In this document: one piece after another, positions 19,116 through 29,572 of the stretch
How the letters are laid out: each line of letters begins with the position of its first letter
Numbering within the stretch: the first letter of the stretch is position 1
Assembly: GCA_963850305.1 (NCBI GenBank)
Contig: CAWKKR010000007.1
Span: 160,001 to 224,000, forward strand
DNA: 64,000 bases
DNA from: an uncultured delta proteobacterium
GTDB taxonomy: Bacteria; Myxococcota_A; Polyangia; Polyangiales; Polyangiaceae
Direction of reading: 5' to 3'
Made by a program: the position numbers and the translations under genes
Notes under the pieces: generated by a model
Databases searched by the model: none
The model's input: the letters and a program-made list of their open reading frames with translations, nothing else
Told to the model about the DNA's origin: nothing

Positions 19116-20084
19116 TTACCGCGCTTGCCCCGCGCGCGCCCGTTCCTGCATCTGTTTGAGCATCGCGGCAGCGGCGGGCGGCATCTGGACCCCTGGCGGA
19201 AGCGTCACTCCGGGCGGGAGCTGCACGCCGGGTGGGAGTTGCATCCCTGGCGGCATTCCGGAGGGCATCGTCCCAGGCGGCCCGCCTCCCATGAAGCCCC
19301 CCATCGTCTGCATCAGCGCGCCGAGATCCATCACCTTGTAGTCCGCGGGGATCGCAAAGACCGAATCCTCCACCGGCTTCTTCTCGAGCTTCTCGACCTC
19401 GAGACGATCTTCTTCTGCCCCGGACGTGTCGTACCCGACGAAGCGCAAGGGCAGGTGCTGTCCGTCGAACAACTCTTTCGCGTAAGCTTGATCCACGGGC
19501 AGCGAGAGCGTCGGCATCGAGAACCAGGACGTGGTCTCCTTGGCCACGCAGAGCTGCGCGCGTTCGCCCTTCGTGTTCACGATGTTCCAATCCTCGCAGG
19601 AGTAGCCGGCGACCGTCTCCGTCTTGCCCGTCTTCGTGACCTGCGGCGGCGCCTCGGGCTCGGTCTGGTGTCGGCGCCATCCCTTCATTCGATCTCCGAT
19701 ACCCGAGAGATCCATCTCGACGACCTGCTTCTGCTCATCGATGATCGCGTAAAGCTTCTTCGTTCCCGTATCGACGACCACGTACGCCTTCTCGGCCAGG
19801 CGAGGCCCCTGATCGAGCCCTTCGGGGACCGTGAACCGCATCTTCGCCCCCTTGACGAACAGGGTGATGGGGGGGATCGGCTTCGCTCGTTTCGCGGACT
19901 TGGCGATGATGTCAATCTCGCCTTCGAAGCCATTCAACGCGCCGGGTGCGGCGCTCGTGGGTGCCGCGGAGGCCGCGGCCGTCGCGGACACGGCTTCCGC
20001 AGGCGCCGGCTCGCTCTTCTTGCAGCCGACGAGGAGGAGTAGCGGGACGTACGCTAGGATTCTGGTCTTCACGGCGGCAATCAT
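19116..20084 (-). CDS. DUF4412-like lipoprotein with C-terminal PPG hexapeptide repeats
   Basis: Lipobox [29 protein letters not shown]. Confidence 0.75.
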   Translation of the reverse strand: MIAAVKTRILAYVPLLLLVGCKKSEPAPAEAVSATAAASAAPTSAAPGALNGFEGEIDIIAKSAKRAKPIPPITLFVKGAKMRFTVPEGLDQGPRLAEKAYVVVDTGTKKLYAIIDEQKQVVEMDLSGIGDRMKGWRRHQTEPEAPPQVTKTGKTETVAGYSCEDWNIVNTKGERAQLCVAKETTSWFSMPTLSLPVDQAYAKELFDGQHLPLRFVGYDTSGAEEDRLEVEKLEKKPVEDSVFAIPADYKVMDLGALMQTMGGFMGGGPPGTMPSGMPPGMQLPPGVQLPPGVTLPPGVQMPPAAAAMLKQMQERARAGQAR

Positions 20085-20115
20085 ACCGTCTTGCCGTCCC
20101 GTTGCGTCCGGAATC

Positions 20116-21327
20116 TCAGCTGACGCGCGCGAGCACGTGAGCAAGCCGTTGATAGAGCCGAGCCGCCAGCTCCGTGCTCGTCGCGCAGACCTCGCGGAAA
20201 TCGTCGGCGCGGATCCGGAGCGCTCGCGTCCGCTCACCCGCACGGCACAGGGACGTTCCCTGGCCGCCGCCGGCGAGCGACTCCGGGTAGACGAGTGAGG
20301 AGGGTCCGAGGGTCCACCCGCTCGGCGCGTCGATGCGACCCTCGAGCACGATGTAACCGACGCGATCGGCCGTGAAAAACCGTGGAACCGTCTCTCCCGG
20401 GTCGAATTCGACTTCGACGGCCGCCTTGAGTGCTCGGGCAACGAGCTCGCGCGACACACCGGAGAGGAGCGCCGAGTGCGCCGCGAACGCCCCGTCCCGC
20501 GCAGAGAGTCCGTCGTCCGATGCCGTCCGGTCCGTGCGCCGCGCGCCAATCTCGACGACCAGCGCCGTTGCGTTGTCCCTGCCCCCTCGTTCGAGGGCCG
20601 CGTTGACCAGCGCAATGGCCGTGTCTTCCGTCGGTCCGCTCCGCGTCAGCTCGCTGATCACGCTCTCGTCGTCGAGCTCTCCGTGCACGCCGTCCGTGCA
20701 CAGGAGCAGGCGGTCGCCCTCCGCGAGCTCGACGAAGACTTCTTCCGCGCGGACGCCGCTCTTGCCGCCCACCGCGTTCGTCAGGACGTTGCGCGGCGCC
20801 GGGGGTTCCGACGGTGACACGAGGCCGCGCGCGACGAGCGAGCCGTGCATCGTGTGGTCCTGCGTGAGCTGAATCGTGGTCGTCGGACGGGCGAGGTACG
20901 TCCTCGCGTCGCCGACGTGCACCAGGAATGCCTTGGTTCCCAGGAGCAGCGCGACGTCCAGGGTGGAGCCCATTCCATGTCGCCGGGCATCGCGCGCAGC
21001 GCTCTCGATGACGGCCGCATGCGCGCGATCCACGCCCGCCTCGAGCACGCCGAACACGGCGCGGCGAGCGTCGAGCGTCGGTGCCCGGACGAAGTCGTCG
21101 AGCACCTTCAGCGACTCCGTCAATCGAAGCGACTTTCCGACCTCATCGACGGCGACGCGTGCGGCTACCTCGCCCGCGGCATGTCCGCCCATGCCGTCCG
21201 CGACGGCAAGAAGACCAAGCCCCGGATCGGCGCGCCACACGTCCTCGTTCGACGAGCGCACTCGTCCGATGTGGGAGATGCCCGCAAAGTCGACGAGATG
21301 ATCGAACCTCGGAACGGACCAAGACAT
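20116..21327 (-). CDS. PP2C Ser/Thr phosphatase with degenerate cNMP-binding C-terminal domain
   Basis: GRVRSSNED, VADGMGGHAAGEVAA, HVGD, LTQDH, LCTDG, GGRDNAT. Confidence 0.88.
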   Translation of the reverse strand: MSWSVPRFDHLVDFAGISHIGRVRSSNEDVWRADPGLGLLAVADGMGGHAAGEVAARVAVDEVGKSLRLTESLKVLDDFVRAPTLDARRAVFGVLEAGVDRAHAAVIESAARDARRHGMGSTLDVALLLGTKAFLVHVGDARTYLARPTTTIQLTQDHTMHGSLVARGLVSPSEPPAPRNVLTNAVGGKSGVRAEEVFVELAEGDRLLLCTDGVHGELDDESVISELTRSGPTEDTAIALVNAALERGGRDNATALVVEIGARRTDRTASDDGLSARDGAFAAHSALLSGVSRELVARALKAAVEVEFDPGETVPRFFTADRVGYIVLEGRIDAPSGWTLGPSSLVYPESLAGGGQGTSLCRAGERTRALRIRADDFREVCATSTELAARLYQRLAHVLARVS

Positions 21328-21403
21328 AATCCGCCAGCCTACACGAGTCCGCGCGTCAGCGGGGAGCCGTCAGACGCGAGCGGTTTCCGGAGCTCTCTCT
21401 CCA

Positions 21404-21446
21404 GCTTGAGCTTGAGCTTGCCTTGCCTTGCCTTGCCTCGCCTAGC
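21404..21446. repeat. Simple-sequence repeats (CTTGAG)n and (CCTTG)n
   Basis: gcttgagcttgagcttgccttgccttgccttgcctcgcctag read directly. Confidence 0.6.
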
Positions 21447-21942
21447 CCGTCGGGTCGGAACCCTCGAGGATCTTCCTGGTCTGGGCGGAGCGGAAGCGCT
21501 CGAGAGCCTGACGCACGTCCTCGTACTTGTTCGCCAGCATGGCGGCGGCAAAGAGCGCCGCGTTGATCGCGCCCGGCTTCCCGACGGCGAGCGTGCCCAC
21601 CGGGATGCCCGCGGGCATCTGAACCATGGACAGCAACGAGTCGAGCCCGGTGAGAAGCTTGCTCTCCATCGGCACGCCGAGGACCGGAAGGCGTGTCTTC
21701 GCCGCGATCACCCCCGCGAGGTGCGCCGCGCCGCCGGCGGCCGCTATGACCACCTCTACCCCGCGGCCTTCGAGCGCGGCGGCCCACTCAATCGTGGCGT
21801 CCGGCGTCCGGTGGGCCGAGTAGACCCGCGCTTCGTTCGCGACGCTCAGCTCTTTCAACGTGTCGACCGTATGGCGCATGGTTTCCCAGTCGCTCTTCGA
21901 GCCCATCACCACGGCCACCAGAAGTTTGTTTTCCGCTTTCAC
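21442..21942 (-). CDS. purE: N5-CAIR mutase
   Basis: VMGSKSDW, SAHRTP, AGGAAHLAG, GLDSLLSMVQMPAGIPV. GTG start at 21942. Confidence 0.95.
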   Translation of the reverse strand: MKAENKLLVAVVMGSKSDWETMRHTVDTLKELSVANEARVYSAHRTPDATIEWAAALEGRGVEVVIAAAGGAAHLAGVIAAKTRLPVLGVPMESKLLTGLDSLLSMVQMPAGIPVGTLAVGKPGAINAALFAAAMLANKYEDVRQALERFRSAQTRKILEGSDPTG

Positions 21943-21996
21943 CGTCGAGGTCGCTCCTTCGTGGGGACGCGATAAGCTAAAGTCGTGCCTCTTGCA

Positions 21997-23025
21997 ATGG
22001 CGTCTCGAACTCGCGCGGTCGGTTTGGCCGTGATTCTCGCCGGCTGCGGCCCGAAAGCACCGTCCGTTGCGGCTCCGGTCGTCCCGGCGAAGACGACCCG
22101 CGTGGCCCTGCCTGCACCCGCGGCGGCCCTGCCACCCGCGACCGCGGACGAGCAGGAACTCGCGGCGCGGCTGCGGGCGACGGTGCAGCATTTTGCCGTC
22201 GAGGTCGGCGAGCGCAACGGCACGCAATCATGGAACCTCGCGACCGCGACGGATGACATCGCGCGCACGCTCGAGAAGATGGGCTACGAGGTGCGCCGTC
22301 AGGGGCTCATCGTCGGGGCCGACGACGCCGTGGTCCAGAACGTGGAGGTCCACGTCTCCGGCGGCAAACACGGCGATCAGACGATCGTCGTCGGGGCGCA
22401 CTTCGATTCTCACCCTGGCACGCCTGGCGCGGACGATGACGCGAGCGGCGTCGCCGCAGTGCTCGAGCTTGCTCGGGTGTTCCGCGATCAGAGGCTCGAG
22501 CGTACGCTCCGATTCGTGTTCTTCACGAACGAAGAAGAACCGGATCTGAAGACCGATCACATGGGGAGCCTCGCGTACGCCAAAGACCTCGTCACGCAAG
22601 GTCTCGAGGTCGTGGGGATGCTGAACATCGACGGGATCGGCGCATTTTCGGTCGCGCCCGGGAGTCAGAGGGAGCCGGCAGAGTCGGGGACGCACTACCC
22701 GTCGACGGCCGACTTCCTGGCGATCGTCGGCAACGAGCCGTCTCGAGCGTTTCTGGAGCGGGTCACGGCGTCGATGAAGAAGCACACCGCGGTCCCCGTG
22801 TTCGGTGACGTTTTTGCCGCCGAGACTCCCTTCAGCGCATCGTCCGATCACTGGTCGTTCTGGAGGGTGGGGATCCCGGCCGTCATGATCACCGATACGG
22901 CGCCGCTCAGATACGTCGATTACCATCAGAAGACGGACCTTCCCGACCGGCTCGACTTCGATCGGATGTCGCGGGTCGTGGCCGGTATCCGCGACATGCT
23001 CGAGGACGTGGCCGAGGGCGGGTAA
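21997..23025 (+). CDS. M28 family peptidase lipoprotein
   Basis: Lipobox LAGC; GAHFD, PGADDDASG, NEEE, SDHWSF, YH…D. Confidence 0.88.
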   Translation: MASRTRAVGLAVILAGCGPKAPSVAAPVVPAKTTRVALPAPAAALPPATADEQELAARLRATVQHFAVEVGERNGTQSWNLATATDDIARTLEKMGYEVRRQGLIVGADDAVVQNVEVHVSGGKHGDQTIVVGAHFDSHPGTPGADDDASGVAAVLELARVFRDQRLERTLRFVFFTNEEEPDLKTDHMGSLAYAKDLVTQGLEVVGMLNIDGIGAFSVAPGSQREPAESGTHYPSTADFLAIVGNEPSRAFLERVTASMKKHTAVPVFGDVFAAETPFSASSDHWSFWRVGIPAVMITDTAPLRYVDYHQKTDLPDRLDFDRMSRVVAGIRDMLEDVAEGG

Positions 23026-23049
23026 CCGGCGACGCCGGGCTCGCACCCG

Positions 23050-23520
23050 TCACAGTGCGGCGATGACCCACACACCGAGTCGCGCGATCACCCCTGCCAG
23101 AAGGCCGGCGAGCAGATCGTCCGCCATGATTCCGAAGCCCACGGGCTTCGCATTCTCGGCGGCGCCGATCGGGCCCGGCTTGGTGATGTCGAACAGCCGG
23201 AAGAGCACGAAGGCCGCGACCATCGCGTAGGGACCGTTCCCTCGCACGAAAGCCATCGCGATGAGCACGCCTGCGACCTCGTCGATGACCACCCGCTGCG
23301 GATCCTCTTGCCCGAGCACTTTCGCGACTCGATGCGCGGCCCACGTTCCGACGGCCGTCAAGACCGCGATCCAAGCGACGTGAACCGCGATCGGCTCGCG
23401 TCGCAGCAGGAAGTGCAGCGGGACGGCGCCCAGCGAGCCCACCGTCCCGGGTGCCTTCTTCGACTCACCGCACCCGAACCACGTCCCGAGGACGAACGCC
23501 GTGCGGTCCGCCAGAGTCAT
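23050..23520 (-). CDS. pgpA: Phosphatidylglycerophosphatase A
   Basis: APGTVGS, DPQRVVIDEVAG, FRLFDITKP, GIMADDLLAG. Confidence 0.92.
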   Translation of the reverse strand: MTLADRTAFVLGTWFGCGESKKAPGTVGSLGAVPLHFLLRREPIAVHVAWIAVLTAVGTWAAHRVAKVLGQEDPQRVVIDEVAGVLIAMAFVRGNGPYAMVAAFVLFRLFDITKPGPIGAAENAKPVGFGIMADDLLAGLLAGVIARLGVWVIAAL

Positions 23521-23522
23521 GG

Positions 23523-24152
23523 TCAATTGACGGTGCAACTCAGGGGGCGAGCCACCCAGGTCTTGTGCTCCGTCTGCCATGGGCTTCCGACGTCCCATCG
23601 CAGGCTCACGTTGTCGAAGCGCGTCAGGAACTTGACGTTGCAGGTGACGTCGAACCGCTGGAGGCGCTTCACCGGCGTGCCAATCGGCGGTTCGCGATGC
23701 AGGCGCATGGCAACGTCCGGCTGCGCCCAGAGTCCGACCAGGAGGATGAGCGCATTTTCCGGCGAGGTCCGATACGGCTGAATGATGTCCGGGCGATTGT
23801 CGTCCATCACTTCGCCCGTGCGCGGCCACTCGACTCGGTCGCCCCCGAAAGCGCAATGCGCGCCGTCGATCACCGTGGCCTGTCCGCAGGCCAGGCGCGT
23901 CGAATCCGCCGTGATCACGGTGACGCGGACCTTCGCGACGCCGCCCGCTTTCCACTGACCGAAATCCGTGTGCAGGTCGTCCGGCGGCGCGAGATGCGTC
24001 ATCACGTAATCGTTGAACTTCGGGTTAGCGATGAGCCCGAAGCCCAGCAGTATCGACACCGCGATCCACAGACGGCCGCCGAGGATCGGATTGAGCTCGA
24101 CGCCGGTGGGTGCCGGTGGCCGCGGCGGGATCGGCTTGGTGCCCTCTGCCAT
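23523..24152 (-). CDS. Hypothetical membrane-anchored protein
   Basis: N-terminal TM; tightly packed in the minus-strand operon. Confidence 0.65.
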   Translation of the reverse strand: MAEGTKPIPPRPPAPTGVELNPILGGRLWIAVSILLGFGLIANPKFNDYVMTHLAPPDDLHTDFGQWKAGGVAKVRVTVITADSTRLACGQATVIDGAHCAFGGDRVEWPRTGEVMDDNRPDIIQPYRTSPENALILLVGLWAQPDVAMRLHREPPIGTPVKRLQRFDVTCNVKFLTRFDNVSLRWDVGSPWQTEHKTWVARPLSCTVN

Positions 24153-24228
24153 CGCGCCTCTGATACCCCAAAACCCGCTGGTGCGTCACGCGCTTGGCGA
24201 TCCACGCGAAGGCCGGGGCGCCATCGGA

Positions 24229-24972
24229 TCAGCGGCAATCACCGAATACGGCCCGAAAGAGCGCGTCGGCGAGCCGGCGGTGCCCCTCGGGCCCGAAGTG
24301 GATCCCGTCCTTGAACGGTGCGGCATAGCGGTCGCAGAGTCTGTCCGGATCGCCGCACGAGAGCAGCGAATGGCCGTCCACGGCGAAGTCGACCGTCTTC
24401 GCTTCTGGTCGAGCGAGGATCCATCGATTCAGCTCGGCGGTGGTCCTGGCCCGTGCCGGGTCGAAGTAACGGCTAAACCCTCCCCACGGAGTTACCGTCA
24501 CCGCGACCACCTTCACGCCGTGCTCGCGTGCCGCGGCGTACATGGCAGCGAGGTCCGTCTCGATCTTCGTCACCGTTCGACCCGCCGTCAGATCGCTGTA
24601 GAGATCGTTCACGCCGCCGAACACGATGACGTGCGTGTACCGCGGCTTCGAAGGGTCGGGAGGGATGCCGAGAACGTCTGCGGCGAAGCGACGGCGCATC
24701 TGGTTCACCATCTGCCCTCCCACTCCGTAGCTGTCGAAACGGCTCTTCGGGCATCGCTCGGCGAGATCGCGCAGATAGAGGCCCCCGTGTGATCGCGGAT
24801 CCGTCAAAGAATCCCCCATGGCGGCGACGACATAGACCCGACCCGCGGTCCGCCCTCCGGACGCCGTTGCATGACCATCATCGGCCGCCGCGCTGCCGCC
24901 TCCCTTCCAGGTGGCTGCTGCGACCACTCCGATGGCCGCAGCCAGGGGAAGGCCACGCAACGTTCGACTCAT
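24229..24972 (-). CDS. SGNH/GDSL hydrolase
   Basis: GDSLT, GVGG, GGVND, DGIHF. ATG 24972 overlaps the upstream stop. Confidence 0.88.
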   Translation of the reverse strand: MSRTLRGLPLAAAIGVVAAATWKGGGSAAADDGHATASGGRTAGRVYVVAAMGDSLTDPRSHGGLYLRDLAERCPKSRFDSYGVGGQMVNQMRRRFAADVLGIPPDPSKPRYTHVIVFGGVNDLYSDLTAGRTVTKIETDLAAMYAAAREHGVKVVAVTVTPWGGFSRYFDPARARTTAELNRWILARPEAKTVDFAVDGHSLLSCGDPDRLCDRYAAPFKDGIHFGPEGHRRLADALFRAVFGDCR

Positions 24973-25412
24973 GCACGCATCTTCTTCACGACTTCTCCGA
25001 CGAGCTTTCCGTCCGCGACCACGCCGCTCGCCTTCAGAGCCTTCATCGCGATGCCCGTCGCCTGACCATCCGCGGGGGCGCTCCGGATCGCGGCTTCGAC
25101 AGGCCCGAGCGCCGCCCGCAGCTCGTTCTCGCCCAGCCCCTTCGGAAGCAGTGTTTCGAGGACGGCGATCTCCTGCTCGAGGACCGAACGCTGTTCGGCG
25201 CTCGGCGACGCCTCTAGCGTTTCGCGATTCGACTTGATGATCTTCCGGACGCACGCCTGTGCATCGGCGTCGGCCAACGGTTCCGCCACGTCTCCCTTGC
25301 GGGCTTGCTGCGTCTGAATCTCACCCAGCGCCACGCTGAGGATCTGCTTCTCCAGCGAGCGCCCGCCCTTGAGAGCCGCGAGCATCCGGGTCTTGATTTC
25401 GTCCACGAGCAT
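24969..25412 (-). CDS. GatB/YqeY domain protein
   Basis: 147 aa helical; EIAVLETLLP, DGKLVGEVVK. Confidence 0.8.
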   Translation of the reverse strand: MLVDEIKTRMLAALKGGRSLEKQILSVALGEIQTQQARKGDVAEPLADADAQACVRKIIKSNRETLEASPSAEQRSVLEQEIAVLETLLPKGLGENELRAALGPVEAAIRSAPADGQATGIAMKALKASGVVADGKLVGEVVKKMRA

Positions 25413-25572
25413 CCGCGGTGGATTAGCACCAAATCACCGCGGCGAATATCCGGCCCATCGCCTCGGCGAGTCCGCGGTATGCGTCTCGAGTTTCAGCGCC
25501 TCGACCAGGGACGCCTGCGATGGTGCGCCGCAGCCACCAATTCTCGGGAACGACCGCGAGCCATCACCGCCC

Positions 25573-26601
25573 TCACTTGGTGCAGACGTTCGACGTGCAC
25601 TTGTTGCTCGAGCAATCGGTCGGGAGCGTGCACGCCTTGCCTGGCTCGCAGCGCGGGCAGGCTGGTCCTCCGCAATCGACGTCCGTTTCGAAGCCGTCTT
25701 GCTTGCCGTTTTGGCAGGCACCGACGCACTGCGCGTTGTCCCCCTGGACGATGCAGGAGCTCAGCAGGACCAACGTGCACTGCGTGAGCGGCGTCACTCC
25801 GCTCCCGGTATCGTTGCACTGCACGACGAGGTCACCGTTGCACGATTGCTGCGCGGGCTTGCAGGTCTCCGGCACGCAGGCGCCTGATTCGCAGTATTCG
25901 CCCGACTTGCAGTCCGAGTCTGCGACGCACTGGGTGCACTGGCCGTAGAAACCGATGCCCTGATTGCAGAGCATGTGCTGAGCAGTGCAGTCGTTGTCCG
26001 AGCTGCAAGACACGTGGCAAACCCGATTCGTGCACACCTTGCCGTCACCGCAGTCCGCGTCGCCGGTGCACTGAACGCAGACGCCATTCTCCTGATCGCA
26101 AATCGATTCGCCTCCTGGTGCCGACGCGCAGTCGAGGCTGTTCTGGCACTTGGGTAACCCGGTGCAGATGGTGTTCTCGCACTGCTCCGTGGGTCCGCAC
26201 TGCAGGTTCGTGTGGCACGCGATGCATTTGCCCGTGATCGCCTGACAGAGCGGGGTGCCCGCCACATCCGCGCAGTCGGCGTTCGTGCGACACGGTGGCA
26301 AAGCGACGGCTCCGTCTGCCAATGCCATCCCACCGTCATGCGCGCCGGCGTCGGTGCTCGTTCCACCTGAAGCGGCGGTGGCGCCGCCCGCAGACGTGTC
26401 GCCGCCGTTACCGAGGGCGCCTCCCGAGCTTGTGTCCGCCCCGCCGCTCTCCGCGGAGCCGCCGCCCGAACTGGCGTCTGGTCCCCCTGAGAACGCGCCG
26501 CCGGTTTCGAAACCAGACTGCGTCTTGTGGTGGCCAGTGCACCCCGCCGCCAGGAGAGAAAGGATCAAGCAGCATCGAACCAAGGACGTCGAATGGATCA
26601 T
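25573..26601 (-). CDS. Cys-rich repeat lipoprotein (myxobacterial type)
   Basis: Lipobox AAGC, Gly/Ser linker, repeated CxxxxDC modules, NGKQDGFETDVDCGG motif. Confidence 0.8.
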   Translation of the reverse strand: MIHSTSLVRCCLILSLLAAGCTGHHKTQSGFETGGAFSGGPDASSGGGSAESGGADTSSGGALGNGGDTSAGGATAASGGTSTDAGAHDGGMALADGAVALPPCRTNADCADVAGTPLCQAITGKCIACHTNLQCGPTEQCENTICTGLPKCQNSLDCASAPGGESICDQENGVCVQCTGDADCGDGKVCTNRVCHVSCSSDNDCTAQHMLCNQGIGFYGQCTQCVADSDCKSGEYCESGACVPETCKPAQQSCNGDLVVQCNDTGSGVTPLTQCTLVLLSSCIVQGDNAQCVGACQNGKQDGFETDVDCGGPACPRCEPGKACTLPTDCSSNKCTSNVCTK

Positions 26602-26898
26602 GTCGGACCAGCCCTGAAGTAAAGGTTGCTCGAACCGCGTGCGCGCGACGACATCGCGCGCGTTGCCGCACCGACCCAGGTGTCGCGCGATTGCGCCTTG
26701 CGGGGGAAGGCGCGTTTCGTCTCGCGACAGAGTTAATGCCGCTCGTGAGCAAAACCGTCAGTGCACCGGGTGAATCTTCGCCTCGGGGGGCCGTGGAGCG
26801 ATGAGCCTTCGGGATTGGTCGGTCGGTCGGACCCGCCGGAGCCCGCCCCGCGCCCCCAATCCCGATGACCACGGCGCCGGGGTTCCCCGAAGGCAGGA

Positions 26899-27834
26899 CT
26901 AGTCCGTCTCGAGCCGCTCGGCCAAGAGCGCTTCGTCCACCAGGGCTCGGAGTTCGTCGTGCTTCGGATTGGGGAGCGCGGACTTGCGTGATACAGGGCG
27001 GGCGTCGAGCTCGGGCTCGCGCGGGGATTCGGCGAACCAGCGAAAGAGCCGCGGCTTGGATTCGGACAGCGAATAATCGCCCGCCGCGACGCGCGCCGGA
27101 TTGTGCTTCAACCGGTCGACGAGGGCGTCGTTCGATCGGACCCAATCCTGCGCATCGGTGAAGAGAGCCTTCTGCGTTACCCCGAGCTCGCGCGCCGCCG
27201 CTCGCGCCGGATGTTCACCGACGGCGATGAAGAGCGCCGCGAGCACCGCGAGTTCGTCCAACGATGCTCGGGTCACCTGCGCGACGCTCGGCCCACCACA
27301 TCCAGTCGAATAAATGTAAGCGCCCTCCATGAGGAGCACACCGAATCCGAGCGCCACCGCGGCGTAGTCCGCCGTCAGCTCCGCCGGCGCGTCCGGCGCG
27401 ACGCCGGCCGGCAGGGTCTCGACGAGAAAGACGTGCCCGAGGGCGCGGGCGACCATCGTCGTCAGGACCGTCGAATGCGAGAGCTCTTGCGACGGGATTC
27501 GCAGGCTCCAGCCGACGCCATCGTCCACGAGTCTCGGCCCGGAGCCGTCGGTCGCTGCCGGCACCGCGCAGCCGCTCGAGCAGCCGCCCTGTGCGCATCC
27601 AGAATCATCCGCGACGAGGACCGCGTTCAGGGGAATGTCTTCCATCCCGGCATGCATCGCCATCCGTTCGACGAGCCGTTCGGCAGACTCGTGGTCGCCC
27701 GTGAAGCGATCCGGGAAGAACGTCCCGTTCGGGAGCACGAGCGGGCGTGCGTCGAGACCCGCGCCCGGGAGGCAACGCAGCCGAGCGTAGCGCTCCACGA
27801 TGCCCGAGAGTTCATGCCTGTCCGGAAGCTGCAT
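26899..27834 (-). CDS. Hypothetical protein
   Basis: 311-aa protein-like ORF (FFPD, ALGFG, CSSGC, GCGG) filling the gap between genes. Confidence 0.7.
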   Translation of the reverse strand: MQLPDRHELSGIVERYARLRCLPGAGLDARPLVLPNGTFFPDRFTGDHESAERLVERMAMHAGMEDIPLNAVLVADDSGCAQGGCSSGCAVPAATDGSGPRLVDDGVGWSLRIPSQELSHSTVLTTMVARALGHVFLVETLPAGVAPDAPAELTADYAAVALGFGVLLMEGAYIYSTGCGGPSVAQVTRASLDELAVLAALFIAVGEHPARAAARELGVTQKALFTDAQDWVRSNDALVDRLKHNPARVAAGDYSLSESKPRLFRWFAESPREPELDARPVSRKSALPNPKHDELRALVDEALLAERLETD

Positions 27835-27922
27835 CCGGTGAAATTCTTGGCAGGCGCGGAGCGGGAGTCAATGCTCCTCGCGTGACGGGCCACGGATCGC
27901 GTTGTAGGCTTTGGGGCTTTTG

Positions 27923-29572
27923 ATGGAACGGGGCGCCCTCGAAGACCGCATCGCGGTGCTCGAGCGTCGGGTCGCGGAGCTCGATGCCGAGCTGGAAAGC
28001 GCGATCAGCGACGCGACGGCGTTTCGTGCGCTGGTGAGTTTGCCGTTGCCGCCCGTCGGTTTCGCGGAGCGAGAGGCATTGCTGCTCGAGACCGAACGCG
28101 CCGCGAAGCTGGGGACCTGGGTCTGGGACACCAAGACGAATTCGGTGACGTGGTCTCGCGTGCTCTACACGATCCTGGGTTACGATCCGGAACGCGACCG
28201 CCCATCGACGGAAGCGTTCTTTCTCGCCGTCCACCCGGAGGATCGGGAGCGAATTCGCGGTGTCTCGGCCGAGAACGCCCGCACGGGGGCTTCTCACGCG
28301 GAAGAGTGCCGGATACTCCGCAAGAACGGCGAGGTGCGCGAGATCGTTCTCGACGGCACGTACATGCAGGACGAGAGCGGTGGGTTCGTCGGCTTCGTGG
28401 GCACCGTCACCGACGTCACGGAGCGCAACGTCGCCGCGCGCGCACTGCGAAGAAGCGAAGCGTTGCTCCGCCACGCCCAGCGGATCGCACACATGGGAAG
28501 CTGGCGATGGGAATTTGCCGGGAACCGGGTCGAGTGGTCGGAAGAGCTCTACGCCATTCTCGGCATCGAACGCAGCGTCGTACCGACCCCCGAGCTCTTC
28601 TACGAGTCGGTACATCCCCATGATCGCCCACGTGCGCGCCGGGAGGCGGCTCTCGCGGCCCGCGGCGAGATCAACCTTCCGAGCGAGTACCGGGTATTGC
28701 GCTCCGGGACCGGCGTCCGGTGGGTTCGCATCGACTCCCGTCGTATCGAGGAGGCCGACGGCCGCGTTTCGGGCTTGATGGGTACGGTACTCGACGTCAC
28801 CGATCGGAGGCGCCTCGAGGAGCAGCTCCTCCAGTCTCAGAAGATGGAGGCGATCGGGCGGCTCGCGGGTGGCGTTGCGCACGACTTCAACAACCTCCTC
28901 ATGGTCATCCGAGGATACACGGCGCTGCTTCAGTCGCGAAATCCGATGGACGAACTCCAGCAGATTGGCGAGGCGGTGGATCGCGCCGCGACGCTGACCC
29001 ACCAGTTACTCGCGTTCAGCCGGCGCTCCGTCGTCTCCACCCGATTGATCGACCTCGACGGAGAGCTCGCCGGTGCAATCCGGCTCGCGCGCCCGCTGAT
29101 CGGCGATACGATCCACGTCCGGTTCGAGCTGGACGCACGGCCATGGCTCGTCAGGGCCGAGGCCGGGCAAATGAATCAGCTCATCCTGAACCTGGTGATC
29201 AACGCGCGCGATGCGATGCCAAACGGCGGCACCCTCTCCTTCTCGACCTCACGCGTCGTCCTCGGCCCCAGCTTCGTCGCGACTCATCCGGACGCCACCC
29301 TCGGCGAATACGTGCTCTTTTCGGTCGCCGACGACGGGACGGGGATGTCCGACGAGGTGAAGACGCGCGCGCTCGAGCCCTTCTTCACCACGAAGGAATG
29401 CGGGCGCGGCACGGGGCTCGGCCTCTCCACGGTCTTCGGTATCGTCCGACAGAGCGGCGGGTTCCTCGAACTCGAGTCGAAGGAGGGGCAGGGCACGACC
29501 ATCTCGGTCTACCTGCCGCGCGCGGAGGACGCTTCGCGCGCCGACTCAGCTCCCGCGCCGACGCCGCTCTAG
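27923..29572 (+). CDS. PAS-PAS sensor histidine kinase (CckA-like, no receiver)
   Basis: Two PAS_3 repeats (GTWVWD…VHPED; GSWRWE…VHPHD), QKMEAIGRLAGGVAHDFNNLL, NARDAM, DDGTGM, EPFFTTK, GTGLGL. Confidence 0.9.
   Translation: MERGALEDRIAVLERRVAELDAELESAISDATAFRALVSLPLPPVGFAEREALLLETERAAKLGTWVWDTKTNSVTWSRVLYTILGYDPERDRPSTEAFFLAVHPEDRERIRGVSAENARTGASHAEECRILRKNGEVREIVLDGTYMQDESGGFVGFVGTVTDVTERNVAARALRRSEALLRHAQRIAHMGSWRWEFAGNRVEWSEELYAILGIERSVVPTPELFYESVHPHDRPRARREAALAARGEINLPSEYRVLRSGTGVRWVRIDSRRIEEADGRVSGLMGTVLDVTDRRRLEEQLLQSQKMEAIGRLAGGVAHDFNNLLMVIRGYTALLQSRNPMDELQQIGEAVDRAATLTHQLLAFSRRSVVSTRLIDLDGELAGAIRLARPLIGDTIHVRFELDARPWLVRAEAGQMNQLILNLVINARDAMPNGGTLSFSTSRVVLGPSFVATHPDATLGEYVLFSVADDGTGMSDEVKTRALEPFFTTKECGRGTGLGLSTVFGIVRQSGGFLELESKEGQGTTISVYLPRAEDASRADSAPAPTPL

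Noticed and set aside
21442..21942. purE without adjacent purK; menB without other men genes
   Set aside because: Dispersed pathway genes are common and cannot be judged from one window.
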